64,000 nt of DNA from Thecamonas trahens ATCC 50062 (GCF_000142905.1 NW_013657660.1:210056-274055); one strand, 5' to 3'. Numbered from the stretch's first letter, positions 21,419-33,597 are shown. Numbers and translations are program-made. Notes: generated by a model not told the origin, from the letters alone.

Positions 21419-24204
21419 GGACCAAGGGCCCGTCGGTAGTGCCACCGCCGCGACAGGTGCGGCCGACAGGAGGCGTCTCGGGGCCCCCGCCGCCTAGTGG
21501 CAATGCTGGAGGTGGTGCGGTCGGAGGAGGAGGGTCTGGAGCCGGAGGCTCGGGCCAGCTGCCGCTGCTGAACCTGTCCAAGGTCCGCGCCTCGTGGGAG
21601 GCCCGTCCGGGGGAGAACAGCTCGGCCAGCGGCCCACTCTCGGTCCGGTCTGCGGCTAGCTCGGGCGGCGATCGCTATGGTGCCGCGCTCTCGTACCGCC
21701 AGCGCAAGTATCTGCTCTCGCAACAGCGCAGCCGCGGTGGCGCCGCACCACGCCCGTCGCCCTACTCGGCTCGCCAGCGCCGCCAGTATGCCAAGCCGAG
21801 CTACCAGGCCTCGTCGTCGCTCTTTACCCGCGCAAAGTCGCATCGCTCGCGGACCGGTCGATCCGGTGCAAGCCTTGCAAGCATCTACGGCGGCGGAAGG
21901 GGCGCAGACAGGAGTGCCGGTGGCGGCGGCGGCGGTCGCGCCGGTCGCGGAGGACTGACCTCGGCGGCCGCCCCCGTCCCGCCCCGCAACGACGCCCAGA
22001 CCATCCCCACCGTCTTCCACGCAGAAGGCTCGTTTGCAGCATCATCCGGACCGACCACCATCCAGACCGCACGCGAAGCTACCAGCCATGCTGCCGCGGC
22101 CGACGCCGCGGCCCCAGACTCGAGCTATCAGCCGCTCTCGGCACGCCTCCCGCGTACCGCGCCGCTTGTGCCCGCCGGCGACGGCGACGACGCCGCCGCC
22201 GCTCCCGACTCTGCTGTCGAGACTGCTGACGAGCCCCATGCGGCCGCCGAGTCCGATGGCTCGCAGGACCATCTCACTGGTCTGTACGAGAGTTTCCGGC
22301 GGCGGTTGTACGACAAAAACGTGGGCTCGTCGCTGCTCGACGGAGCCGAGCCTGTGTCGGCGTCCGAGCCCGCGGGCGAGCCCGCGGGCGAGCCTGCGCC
22401 AGCAGCTCCGGCCGCGTATGCGCCGCCCAAGTCAATTCTGCACGCAGATGCGCTGGCGGCCAAGGTTGGCCCGTCGCCGCGCAAGCGAGTCGGACTCAAG
22501 CAGCTGCGACAGGGCGCAGCGCCGGCAAACAAGCCGGTGGACGCCAAGGCCAGCGACACGGCTCGGTCACCGGCCCAGACAGTTCCAAGCAGTGATGCAG
22601 TGCGTCCAACACCGCCGAGCAAGGGTCTCGCTGCAGCGACCAAGCCGCCGTCGACCGCCGAGCCCACGCCGCCGGCCAGCAACAGCTCGCTGGCAGCCCG
22701 CCGCGGCCGCGCCGGCAAGGCGCAGCGAGTCGTGTCCGGCGGCGAGGGCCTCGTCGGCGTCGTCGCCGGTGCAGCCAAGCAACCCAAGCCGAGTCTTGAG
22801 AGCGGGACCGGCAGGGTTGACAGCGGGACCGGGGCCGGCATGACCCGTGAGGGCCCGCGGTCGAGCTCGGGGCCCAAGGACTCGGTCTCTGCCGGCGGGC
22901 GCGGAGCGCAGGCCGAGAGTGGCGAGTACCTGACGCCAGCGCAGGTGCTGAAGGACCACTCGGCGGCGCTCACACCGTACGAGCAGGCTGAGGTCCTCGA
23001 GTTTCCCAAGGTGTACTTTTTCGGGACGACCAAGTCGAAGATCCGGGCCAAGCCCGGGGCGCCACACAACCACGGGTACGACGACGAAAATGGTGACTAC
23101 AAGCTCGTCATGCACGACCACATTGGGTACCGCTACGAGGTTCTCGACCGGGTCGGCAAGGGCTCGTTCGGCCAGGTGGTCAAGGTCTACGACTGCAAGC
23201 GCAACGAGATGATGGCGCTCAAGCTCATCCGCAACAAGAAGCGGTTCCACTCGCAGGCGCTAGTCGAAGTCAAGGTCTTACAGACTATCCGCGACTCGGA
23301 TACGCAGGACAACTCGTGCATCATTCACATGATTGACCACTTTTACTTCCGCAACCACCTGTGCGTCACCTTTGAGCTCCTCTCGGTCAACCTCTACGAG
23401 TTCATCAAGATGAACAACTTCCAAGGCTTCTCGCTCGGCCTCATCCGCCGCTTTGCCGTGCAGATGCTGCAGGCGCTACGCTTTCTCAAGAAGCAGAGCA
23501 TCATCCACTGCGACCTCAAGCCCGAGAACGTGCTCCTCAAGAACGCCGCCAAGTCGGGCATCAAGGTCATCGACCTCGGCTCGTCGTGCTTTGAGAACCA
23601 GCGAGTCTTTACCTACATCCAGTCGCGGTTCTACCGCTCGCCCGAGGTCATCCTCGGCCTCCCGTACGGCACTGGCATCGACATGTGGAGCCTAGGCTGC
23701 ATCCTCGCCGAGCTTTTCACCGGCACTCCGCTCCTCCCCGGCGAGTCCGAGGTCGAGCAGATGCTGTGCATGCAGGAGATCCTGGGCGTCCCGCCGCGCT
23801 CGCTGCTGCAGGCCTCGGAGCGCCGCAAGCACTTTTTCGACTCGAACTTTCACCCGCGCATCGTCCCCAACTCGCGCGGCCGCAAACGGTATCCCGGCAC
23901 CAAGGACTTGCGTAGCACGCTGAGATGCAGCGATGAGCTGTTCATCGACTTTCTCAAGCGGTGTTTGGCCTGGGACCCGGCCCGCCGCCTCACCCCCTCC
24001 GCTGCCCTCCAGCACCCCTGGATCATGGCCGCACTCTCGGGCTCGTCCAAGACCGCCTCGGGCTCGTCCAAGGCCGCCGCGGCCTCGGCCCCTCGCCCGC
24101 CCGCCCATCCACCTTCAAAGCCGCCCTCGGCCTCCTCCTCCTCCTCTGCCGTCTCGTCGCTCCTCCGTAAGCGGCGAGCAGCCAAGGCTAGCAGCCGCCG
24201 ATAG
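21419..24204 (+). CDS. Dual-specificity tyrosine-regulated kinase, class 2 (DYRK2/4-like); start uncertain because of the upstream gap and a possible intron
   Basis: LTPYEQAEVLEFPKVYFFG, DH box GYDDENGDY, GKGSFGQV, HCDLKPEN, SSCFENQRVFTYIQSRFYRSPEVILG and NSRGRKRYPG. Confidence 0.88.
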
Positions 24205-24493
24205 CCCCCCTCCCCCCCCTCCGTCTCCGTTATCGGCACGCTTTCTCGTATATCTACCGTAAAAAGCAGGCGATTGTCCACAGGACAACTAGTAGCTGTC
24301 GAGCAGAACGCCAAGCCGAAATACACAGCCATCACCCAAACCCAGCCACGGTCACAGCTACCACCACCCCTCCACCCACCCCAACCACCACACACACACC
24401 ACATACCACCACACACACCACCACCACTACCACACACACACACACCACCACCACCACCACCACCACCCTCTCCCCGTCACACACACTTCACCC

Positions 24494-27400
24494 ATGTCGC
24501 TCCCCACCGAGGCCGAGGTGCTCGAGCAGTACATGACCAGGCTGGAGGCCGTGACCGCACCGTCGTCCTCCGAAGGCGAGACGCTGGAGGCGCTCGCGGC
24601 TATGAAGGAGGACCTCTTCCACAAGACGGTAGTGCTCCGGTCTGCAGGACGTGAGCGTGAGGCCGAGGCCATCCTCCGCCCGCTGCTTGGCCTTTTTGCC
24701 TCGCCATGGGCCAAGGTCCGCAAGTGGGTCGCTGGCTTTGCCGGCGAGCTGGTCGCCCTCGCCCCGTGGTGGCTCACCTCGCGGGCCCTCCTCGACGCAC
24801 TTCGCATGCTGCTGGATGACACCAACTCGGCTGTGGCCAAGACTGCTGTGCTCTCCGTGACCAAGCTCTTCACCAAAGCCCTCTGGCTCCTGTGCGGCAA
24901 CTCCGAGTCCGGGGCAGACACCCGCGCCGCAGCCATGCTCGACGCCGCCTGGTGGGCCGACTTTTACAAGCTCGCAGACCCGGTCTTCAAGCACGGCATG
25001 TCGTCGTCCAAGGACGGCCTCCGCATTGCCGCCCTCAAGTTCTACGAGGCATTTGCTCTCGCCTGTTTCTCGCTCCCGCAGAAGCCCGAGCCGGCGCTCC
25101 TGGCCGTCATTGACGACGTCAACGCCCTCACCCGCCGCGCCATGTCCCACGTCGAGGCTCTCTGCCGCATGACCTCGGCCACCACCGTCACTGCCATGGT
25201 TCTCAAGGTTGTCATCGGCCTCCTGCTCAAAATCGGCCTCACACACCAGCACACCCACGAGCTCGTCATCGGTGCCCTCGTCGCGCTCGCCTCCAACACT
25301 CTCCGCCACATCGCCAAGCAGCAGCAGGCCTCGACCAAGTTCCTCATCAAGTCAGCCCTGCTCAAGTTCCTCCGCAAGCCCGAGACCGAGCCGTACCACG
25401 AGGATATGGTCGTTGCGCTCGGTCGCATGGACGCCCACGACCCGGCTGAGAACGCCATCCGCACCGCCGAGCGCGCCATGGGCCGCCTCTCCGCCTTTCG
25501 CAAGCGCCAGCGTGACGCTGCCGAGGCCGCCCAGCGTGCTGCCCGCAAGCGGCAGAAGACCCAAGCCCTCGCCGCCAAGCTCACCAAGTCGCTCACCGAC
25601 CTCGCCAAGCTCGATCCCAAGCTTGTCGGCGTCATCTCCAAGTGCGTTGAGGCTGCCGGCGGCGACCCGGGTCGCCTTGTCGAGCTTCTCAATGCCGAGG
25701 GCGTGGACATTGCCGCGGTCTCAGACGACCTCGCCGACATGATCGCCGCCACCGAAAAGGCCACTGCCGTCGCAGACATGGACGTCGCGTCTGCGTCAGG
25801 CGAGCTCGGCGCGTCGGACCCGCGGCGGGCTGAAAAGGCCATTCCCTGGGCAGATCGCCTTGCCAAGGCCACCGCAGCCTCGCCGCCGGCGGCCTCGCTC
25901 TCGCTCTCGCAGTGCCTTGCGCTCTACGACGCCGCTCTCGCCCGCTGCACCTCGTCGCGTGCCGCCGTCGCCGCCGGCGGCGGAAACCACATTGCGCTCG
26001 GCCTCATTCCGCACCTCGGCCTGCTTCGCACCCTCGTCGTCATCCAGGACGCGTCGCTGGCGGCCGCGCCCAAGACCCAGGCCGCCGAGCAGGCCCTGCT
26101 CAGCTTCCTGGCGAGCGAGCTGCCTCAGTCGATGCCAACACTCGTCGGCTGGCTCCACCTGGCATACGCCAACACTGCCGGGCTCACGCCGCTGCAGGCG
26201 CTCCCGGCCGATGCATACGACGCACTCCTCCTCCGGGTCATTGACACCATCGGCTCGCTCAAGACCGACGTGACGAGCCGCATGGGTCACCTTGCGGTGG
26301 TGCTCGCCAACGCACCGGCGCTGCCGGGCTCGGCCGTCGCGCGCATCAGCGAGCTCACCCAGCCCGCGCCCGAGCACGCCGCCGACGCTGCAACAAGCGT
26401 CTCATCCTCGATGGCGCTGTGGAGCGAGCTGGCGGTGATGCGGCCGTCGGGCGCCGAGCCGTTTGTGGCCCACCTCCTCGACGCGGCGCTCTCGGACCGC
26501 AGTGATGTCCGCGAGGTCGCCGCCGCCACAGTCGCCTCCAAGCTATACTCGGTCGGCACGCACCGCGAGATCATCGAAGAGTTTGCTAAGACCGCCGTGG
26601 CCTCGCTCGCCAAGCTTGACCCGGCGAGTCTGCCGGAGGAGCAGGGCGCGGCGGACAACGTGATCCAGACCAAGCTCGACCTGTTCCTCACGCTCATGGG
26701 CAAGAAGCACGAGCTGCTGCATGACTTTATGACGGTGTACCCCGGCTTTGCCCAGGATGTCAAGAAGCACGTTCACCGCCAGCTAGTGCCTGTCGTCCAG
26801 TCAATGGGCTCGTCGTCACCGGTCATCCTCAAGGTTGTGGAGACGCACCCCGAAGAAGCCAAGATTCTCCTCTTGCAGATTCTGCACGCACTCACCGACT
26901 CGGCTCCGCCGTCGCGGGAGCTCGTGGCTGCGGTGCTCAAGGTGTACAACGAGCGCGAGCGCAACGTCCGACTCCTCATTCCGATTCTCTCGGGCATGTC
27001 GAACGCAGTCCTCCTCGAGCACGTCAAGGACCTCATCGCGCTGCCGGAGCGGACCGCGCGGTTCGTGGTGGGTAAGCTGGTGCGGACCGAGGGCATGGCG
27101 CTCTCGCCAGTCGACTTTCTCGTTCACGTCCACGTCCTCGAGCCCAACCCGGAGACGCTTCCGCGCCAGCGGCTGCAGGACGTCGTCTCGTGGGTCTTTG
27201 CCGACACAACGGTGACGTCGGACAAGCTCATTGCCATTCTTGTGCAGCGGCTCATGTCGCACTCGGTCATCCCGCCCATGCTCATGTCGACGGTCTCGGC
27301 CATCTGGCGCGAGCGGCCGGCGCTCTCGCGGTTCATCATGTCGCAGCTCGGCCAACTCATCTCGTCGTCCAAGTCGTCCAAGAAGAAGGTGTGGAAGGAC

Positions 27401-27676
27401 GCGCAGATCTGGCAGGGCTTTGTCGACTTTATCCTCATGGCGCGGCCGCAGTCGCTGCAGCTCGCTTTCCAGCTCCCGGTCAAGCCCTTTGCCGCCCTCC
27501 TCAAGCGCAACCCCGAGCTCCTGGCCAACCTCACCGCGTTTGCCAACGACCAGCGCGGCCGCATCCCGCGCTCGCACATCGAAGCTCTCCAGGAGCGCGC
27601 CAAGAAGAACCGCAAGAAGGCCAAGGCCGCGGCAGCCAAGGCGGCCCAGGCCGCTGCCATGCCGCAGGCGGAGTAA
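24494..27676 (+). CDS. SYMPK: Symplekin/Pta1 (mRNA 3'-end processing scaffold)
   Basis: HEAT-like N-terminus and a central DPRR. The C-terminal symplekin region includes VRLLIPILSGM, LSPVDFLVHVH, IPPMLMSTV and KVWKDAQIWQGFV. Confidence 0.8.
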   Translation: MSLPTEAEVLEQYMTRLEAVTAPSSSEGETLEALAAMKEDLFHKTVVLRSAGREREAEAILRPLLGLFASPWAKVRKWVAGFAGELVALAPWWLTSRALLDALRMLLDDTNSAVAKTAVLSVTKLFTKALWLLCGNSESGADTRAAAMLDAAWWADFYKLADPVFKHGMSSSKDGLRIAALKFYEAFALACFSLPQKPEPALLAVIDDVNALTRRAMSHVEALCRMTSATTVTAMVLKVVIGLLLKIGLTHQHTHELVIGALVALASNTLRHIAKQQQASTKFLIKSALLKFLRKPETEPYHEDMVVALGRMDAHDPAENAIRTAERAMGRLSAFRKRQRDAAEAAQRAARKRQKTQALAAKLTKSLTDLAKLDPKLVGVISKCVEAAGGDPGRLVELLNAEGVDIAAVSDDLADMIAATEKATAVADMDVASASGELGASDPRRAEKAIPWADRLAKATAASPPAASLSLSQCLALYDAALARCTSSRAAVAAGGGNHIALGLIPHLGLLRTLVVIQDASLAAAPKTQAAEQALLSFLASELPQSMPTLVGWLHLAYANTAGLTPLQALPADAYDALLLRVIDTIGSLKTDVTSRMGHLAVVLANAPALPGSAVARISELTQPAPEHAADAATSVSSSMALWSELAVMRPSGAEPFVAHLLDAALSDRSDVREVAAATVASKLYSVGTHREIIEEFAKTAVASLAKLDPASLPEEQGAADNVIQTKLDLFLTLMGKKHELLHDFMTVYPGFAQDVKKHVHRQLVPVVQSMGSSSPVILKVVETHPEEAKILLLQILHALTDSAPPSRELVAAVLKVYNERERNVRLLIPILSGMSNAVLLEHVKDLIALPERTARFVVGKLVRTEGMALSPVDFLVHVHVLEPNPETLPRQRLQDVVSWVFADTTVTSDKLIAILVQRLMSHSVIPPMLMSTVSAIWRERPALSRFIMSQLGQLISSSKSSKKKVWKDAQIWQGFVDFILMARPQSLQLAFQLPVKPFAALLKRNPELLANLTAFANDQRGRIPRSHIEALQERAKKNRKKAKAAAAKAAQAAAMPQAE

Positions 27677-27685
27677 ACCCGACTC

Positions 27686-28225
27686 TCACTTTCTGCGGCG
27701 GAGGCCGACTAGGCCAAAGCCGGCCACAATGAGCATGTACAGCGCGAGGCCCGAGAACTTGGTCCTGGTCGCGTGTGCCGCAGGGCTCGCCAGATCGGCG
27801 TCGACGGTGGGCAGCATGTTGAGCTGCCGCAGGAGCAGGACGTCCTCGAGCATGTCGGCGAGGAAACCGGCGGCGAGGGCGGCGGCGGCAGCAGCAGCCA
27901 CCAGCCAGTGGCGGGCAGGGACAGCAAGAAGCGAGTGCTCGCCCGCCCGCGACGCCCACCACTGCAAGCCGGCAAGGAGCAGGGTCGGTGGGTACGAGGG
28001 GATGAAAGCGGCCAGGTCCACAAGGAGCGCCCAGCGGAAGAGGCGCAGCCCGTCGAGGCCGAGCCCCTCCCAGCACGCAGCCCAGGCGGCAGGCGACGGT
28101 GCAGGGCGGAGGTCCGGCGTCCGCACCCCGGTCTCGGCGTAGATGCTGGCGTTGATGACGGTGATGACCGCAAAGGCCGTTCCGGTCACAGGCGCAAGGA
28201 GCCACCACGCCCCAGGCAGACGCAT
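27686..28225 (-). CDS. Small 4-TM uncharacterised membrane protein
   Basis: 179-aa hydrophobic product with PDLR...LGLDG...VDLAAFIPSY...ADMLEDVLL...ATRTKF. It fills the space between flanking genes. Confidence 0.65.
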   Translation of the reverse strand: MRLPGAWWLLAPVTGTAFAVITVINASIYAETGVRTPDLRPAPSPAAWAACWEGLGLDGLRLFRWALLVDLAAFIPSYPPTLLLAGLQWWASRAGEHSLLAVPARHWLVAAAAAAALAAGFLADMLEDVLLLRQLNMLPTVDADLASPAAHATRTKFSGLALYMLIVAGFGLVGLRRRK

Positions 28226-28625
28226 GGCTTGGAGAGCAGTGTGGGCAGGGGGGGGGAGGGGGGAGAGGGAGGGCGCCAGCTGACCGCCGGCGGGAGGGCC
28301 GGTCACTGAGTCATCCAGGGATGCGGCCGATCGGGGGTAAGGAGGCCATCGGATGACAACTGGTGAGCGTTTAGTGAAGGTGCTTAGCTGTCGGCTGCTC
28401 CCTGGGGTTGTATGGGCCGTATTGGGCAGAGTTGGGTGGGTAGCGGTGGTGCTCCCAAACTGGAGACGGAAGATCGCGTCCCATGGGACTTGATCTTTTG
28501 ATCTGAGGACAGGGGGATGCGGGTGCATGCACCTTCACCGACTTTGATGGCAATCACCTTCTGGGAATCGGCAAAATCAACTAACTTGTGTCTACTAGCA
28601 GCAATGGCGGTGTGGTGATGGTCAT

Positions 28626-31600
28626 TCATTGCCCGCGAAAGTAGGCCTCAGCCTTGGCAGCGTACTCGGCAGAGGTGAACGAGTATGACGGGGCGTCGCC
28701 AACTGACGACTTGATGCCGTACGCGCCGGGGCCGGGCGAGCCGACCTCGTCGCGGACTGGATGCCGGCCCTTGAGCGACGGACCCTCGCCGCGGCTGTCG
28801 CCGATCGAGCCGGTGAGTCCGTAGGCACCGGGGCCAGGCGAGGTCTCGGCGGTCGTCTTGACGTGGTGCCGCGACTTCATCGAGACAGCGGGCGCATCGC
28901 CGACCGACGACTTGACGCCGTACGCACCAGGGCCAGGCGAGGTCTCGGCAGTGGTCTTGACATGGTGTCGTGACTTCATGGACGCACCAGGTCCCTTGCC
29001 GACCGTGCTATCGATCATGTAAGCACCGGGGCCTGGCGAAGTCTCGGCGGTGGTCTTGACATGGTGCCGCGACTTCATCGAGACCGCAGGCGCGTCGCCG
29101 ACCGACGACTTGATGCCGTACGCGCCAGGGCCAGGCGACTGCTCAGCCGTCGTCTGAACGTGGTGCCGGGACTTCATCGACGCAGCCGGAGCATCGCCGA
29201 TCGACGACTTGATGCCGTAGGCCCCGGGGCCAGGCGAGCGGCGCGTGTCGGCCGCGCTGGCGGTCTTGGGCCGGAGCGAGTAGGCTGGAGCGTCGCCGAC
29301 CGACGACTTGATGCCGTATGCACCAGGACCGGGCGAGGTCTCAGCGGTCGTCTTGACATGGTGTCGCGACTTCATCGAGGCCGCAGGCGCGTTGCCGACC
29401 GACGATTTGATGCCGTACGCGCCAGGGCCAGGCGACTGCTCAGCCGTTGTCTGAACGTGGTGCCGCGACTTCATCGAGACAGCCGGCGCATCGCCGACCG
29501 ACGACTTGATGCCGTACGCACCAGGACCAGGCGAGGTCTCGGCGGTCGTCTTGACATGGTGTCGCGACTTCATCGACGCACCCTTGCCCCTGCCGATGGT
29601 GCCGTCGATCATGTAGGCACCAGGGCCTGGCGAGGTCTCGGCGGTCGTCTTGACGTGGTGCCGAGACTTCATCGAGACCGCAGGCGCATCACCCACCGAC
29701 GACTTGATGCCGTACGCGCCAGGGCCCGGCGACTGCTCAGCTGTTGTCTGAACGTGGTGCCGCGACTTCATCGACGCAGCCGGAGCATCGCCGATCGACG
29801 ACTTGAGGCCGTATGCGCCCGGACCGGGAGAGCGGCGCCTGTCGGCGGCACTGGCGGTCTTGGGCCGCATCGAGTATGCAGGAGCGTCGCCGACCGACGA
29901 CTTGATGCCGTATGCACCAGGACCGGGCGAGGTCTCAGCGGTCGTCTTGACATGGTGCCGTGACTTCATCGAGGCCGCAGGCGCGTCGCCGACCGACGAC
30001 TTGATGCCGTACGCCCCAGGACCAGGCGACTGCTCGGCCGTTGTCTGAACGTGGTGCCGCGACTTCATCGAGACAGCCGGCGCATCGCCGACCGACGACT
30101 TGATGCCGTACGCGCCAGGACCAGGCGAGGTCTCGGCGGTCGTCTTGACGTGATGGCGCGACTTCATCGACGCACCCTTGCCCCTGCCGATGGTGCCGTC
30201 GATCATGTAGGCACCAGGGCCTGGCGAGGTCTCGGCGGTGGTCTTGACATGGTGCCGCGACTTCATCGAGACCGCGGGCGCGTCGCCCACCGACGACTTG
30301 ATGCCGTAAGCACCAGGGCCAGGCGACTGCTCGGCCGTCGTCTGAACGTGGTGGCGACCCTTGAAGGACGCTGCGGGAGCATCGCCGACCGACGACTTGA
30401 TGCCGTACGCGCCAGGGCCAGGCGAGGTCTCAGCGGTCGTCTTGACATGGTGCCGTGACTTCATCGAGGCCGCAGGCGCGTCGCCGACCGACGACTTGAT
30501 GCCGTACGCGCCAGGGCCAGGCGACTGCTCGGCCGTTGTCTGAACGTGGTGCCGCGACTTCATCGAGACAGCCGGCGCATCGCCGACCGACGACTTGATG
30601 CCGTACGCGCCAGGACCAGGCGAGGTCTCGGCGGTCGTCTTGACGTGATGGCGCGACTTCATCGACGCACCCTTGCCCCTGCCGATGGTGCCGTCGATCA
30701 TGTAGGCACCAGGGCCTGGCGAGGTCTCGGCGGTCGTCTTGACGTGGTGCCGAGACTTCATCGAGACCGCAGGCGCATCACCCACCGACGACTTGATGCC
30801 GTACGCGCCAGGGCCCGGCGACTGCTCAGCTGTTGTCTGAACGTGGTGCCGCGACTTCATCGACGCAGCCGGAGCATCGCCGATCGACGACTTGAGGCCG
30901 TATGCGCCCGGACCGGGAGAGCGGCGCCTGTCGGCGGCACTGGCGGTCTTGGGCCGCATCGAGTATGCAGGAGCGTCGCCGACCGACGACTTGATGCCGT
31001 ATGCACCAGGACCGGGCGAGGTCTCAGCGGTCGTCTTGACATGGTGCCGTGACTTCATCGAGGCCGCAGGCGCGTCGCCGACCGACGACTTGATGCCGTA
31101 CGCCCCAGGACCAGGCGACTGCTCGGCCGTTGTCTGAACGTGGTGCCGCGACTTCATCGAGACAGCCGGCGCATCGCCGACCGACGACTTGATGCCGTAC
31201 GCGCCAGGGCCAGGCGAGGTCTCGGCGGTCGTCTTGACATGGTGTCGCGACTTCATCGACGCACCAGGTCCCTTGCCGACCGTGCTATCGATCATGTAAG
31301 CACCGGGGCCTGGCGAAGTCTCGGCGGTCGTCTTGACATGGTGTCGCGACTTCATCGAGACCGCAGGCGCATCACCCACCGACGACTTGATGCCGTACGC
31401 GCCAGGACCAGGCGAGGTCTCGGCGGTGGTCTTGACGTGGTGCCGCGACTTCATCGAGGCCGCGGGCGCGTCGCCCACCGACGACTTGATGCCGTACGCG
31501 CCAGGGCCAGGCGACTGCTCGGCCGTCGTCTGAACGTGGTGGCGACCCTTGAAGGACGCTGCGGGAGCATCGCCGACCGACGACTTGATGCCGTACGCAC

Positions 31601-33420
31601 CAGGACCGGGCGAGGTCTCAGCGGTCGTCTTGACATGGTGCCGTGACTTCATCGAGGCCGCGGGCGCGTCGCCGACCGACGACTTGATGCCGTACGCCCC
31701 AGGACCAGGCGACTGCTCGGCCGTTGTCTGAACGTGGTGCCGCGACTTCATCGAGACAGCCGGCGCATCGCCGACCGACGACTTGATGCCGTACGCGCCA
31801 GGACCAGGCGAGGTCTCGGCGGTCGTCTTGACGTGATGGCGCGACTTCATCGACGCACCCTTGCCCCTGCCGATGGTGCCGTCGATCATGTAGGCACCAG
31901 GGCCTGGCGAGGTCTCGGCGGTGGTCTTGACATGGTGCCGCGACTTCATCGAGACCGCAGGCGCATCACCCACCGACGACTTGATGCCGTACGCGCCAGG
32001 GCCCGGCGAGGTCTCGGCGGTGGTCTTGACATGGTGCCGCGACTTCATCGAGGCCGCGGGCGCGTCGCCCACCGACGACTTGATGCCGTACGCGCCAGGG
32101 CCAGGCGACTGCTCGGCCGTTGTCTGAACGTGGTGCCGCGACTTCATCGAGACAGCCGGCGCATCGCCGACCGACGACTTGATGCCGTACGCGCCAGGGC
32201 CAGGCGAGGTCTCGGCGGTGGTCTTGACATGGTGCCGCGACTTCATCGACGCACCCTTGCCCCTGCCGATGGTGCCGTCGATCATGTAGGCACCAGGGCC
32301 TGGCGAGGTCTCGGCGGTCGTCTTGACATGGTGCCGCGACTTCATCGAGACCGCAGGCGCATCACCCACCGACGACTTGATGCCGTATGCACCAGGGCCA
32401 GGCGAGGTCTCAGCAGTGGTCTTGACGTGGTGCCGCGACTTCATCGAGACGGCAGGAGCGTCACCAATGGAAGACTTGAGGCCGTACGCGCCTGGACCGG
32501 GAGAGCGGCGCCTGTCGGCGGCACTGGCAGTTTTGGGCCGGAGCGAGTATGCAGGCGCGTCGCCGACCGACGACTTGATGCCGTACGCGCCAGGGCCAGG
32601 TGACTGCTCGGCCGTCGTCTGAACGTGGTGGCGACCCTTGAAGGACGCTGCGGGAGCATCGCCGACCGACGACTTGATGCCGTACGCGCCAGGACCGGGC
32701 GAGGTCTCAGCGGTCGTCTTGACGTGGTGACGCGACTTCATCGAGACGGCGGGAGCGTGTCCAACCGACGACTTGATGCCGTATGCACCAGGGCCAGGCG
32801 AGGTCTCGGCGGTGGTCTTGACGTGATGGCGCGACTTCATCGACGCACCCTTGCCCCTGCCGATGGTGCCGTCGATCATGTAGGCACCAGGGCCTGGCGA
32901 GGTCTCGGCGGTGGTCTTGACGTGGTGCCGCGACTTCATGGAGACACCCGGGGCAGCACCAACGGATGACTTGATGCCGTACGCACCAGGGCCAGGCGAC
33001 TGCTCGGCAGTGGTCCTGACGTGGTGGCGGCCCTTGAAGGACGCGGCGGGCGCGTCGCCGATGGTCGACTTGAGGCCGTAGGCGCCAGGGCCTGGCGACC
33101 GGCGTGCTGTGGTATCCGGTAGCAGCGCAGCGCAGAAAGCGGACATGGAAGGTGAGTGGCACACGGGGCACCCATCTACCGGCTCAGTATGGATATGCAT
33201 GGCGGCTGTGGCGAGCATGGGCGTGCAAGGTGTTCAAAAAAGGCCAAACGGCTCGCTCCAACGGTCGCATCGTCGCCGTTTGGCTGGCACAGAGCGCAGG
33301 GCCCGACAGGGCATGGTATGGAGGACACGTACAGTAGTCGTTCTTGAACCGTTGTGGGAAGACGCCCGACGTGTCGCGCGATCGCCGCGAGCCAGCCGTG
33401 GCCGGCCGCTTTCTCGCCAT
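28626..33420 (-). CDS. Sperm-tail PG-rich (SHIPPO/ODF3/CIMAP-type) repeat protein, about 1520 aa, 45 PGPGAY motifs (exon 1 33420-33333, intron 33332-33107)
   Basis: 33-aa repeats each ending SPGPGAY. Exon 1 (MARKRPATAGSRRSRDTSGVFPQRFKNDY) joins in frame through a GTACGT...CACAG phase-1 intron. Confidence 0.88.
28690..33100 (-). repeat. Coding 99-bp tandem repeat array (about 44 units) with higher-order duplications
   Basis: Identical or near-identical shadow ORFs recur at offsets of 495, 594, 1089 and 1188 bp, all multiples of 99 (e.g. 29768 vs 30857; 30361 vs 31549). Confidence 0.95.
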
Positions 33421-33597
33421 GCCCGCACGCAGGGGGTGAGAGGGTGAGGTGTGGCCAGCTGCGGTGGCGGTGGCGGTGGCTGTGGCGGTGGCGGCAGCGG
33501 CCAAGCCGGCACGGAGAGCGCCGCTAGTGGGGCGGGAGCGCGTTGGCCTCTGATCGGCGGCCTCAGTTTTAAATCGCGATGGTTGTGTTCGTGAAGC

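Noticed and set aside
28690-33100. Regular repeat array as a CRISPR array or satellite
   Set aside because: The units are 99-bp in-frame coding repeats with synonymous variation. There are no unique spacers and no cas genes.
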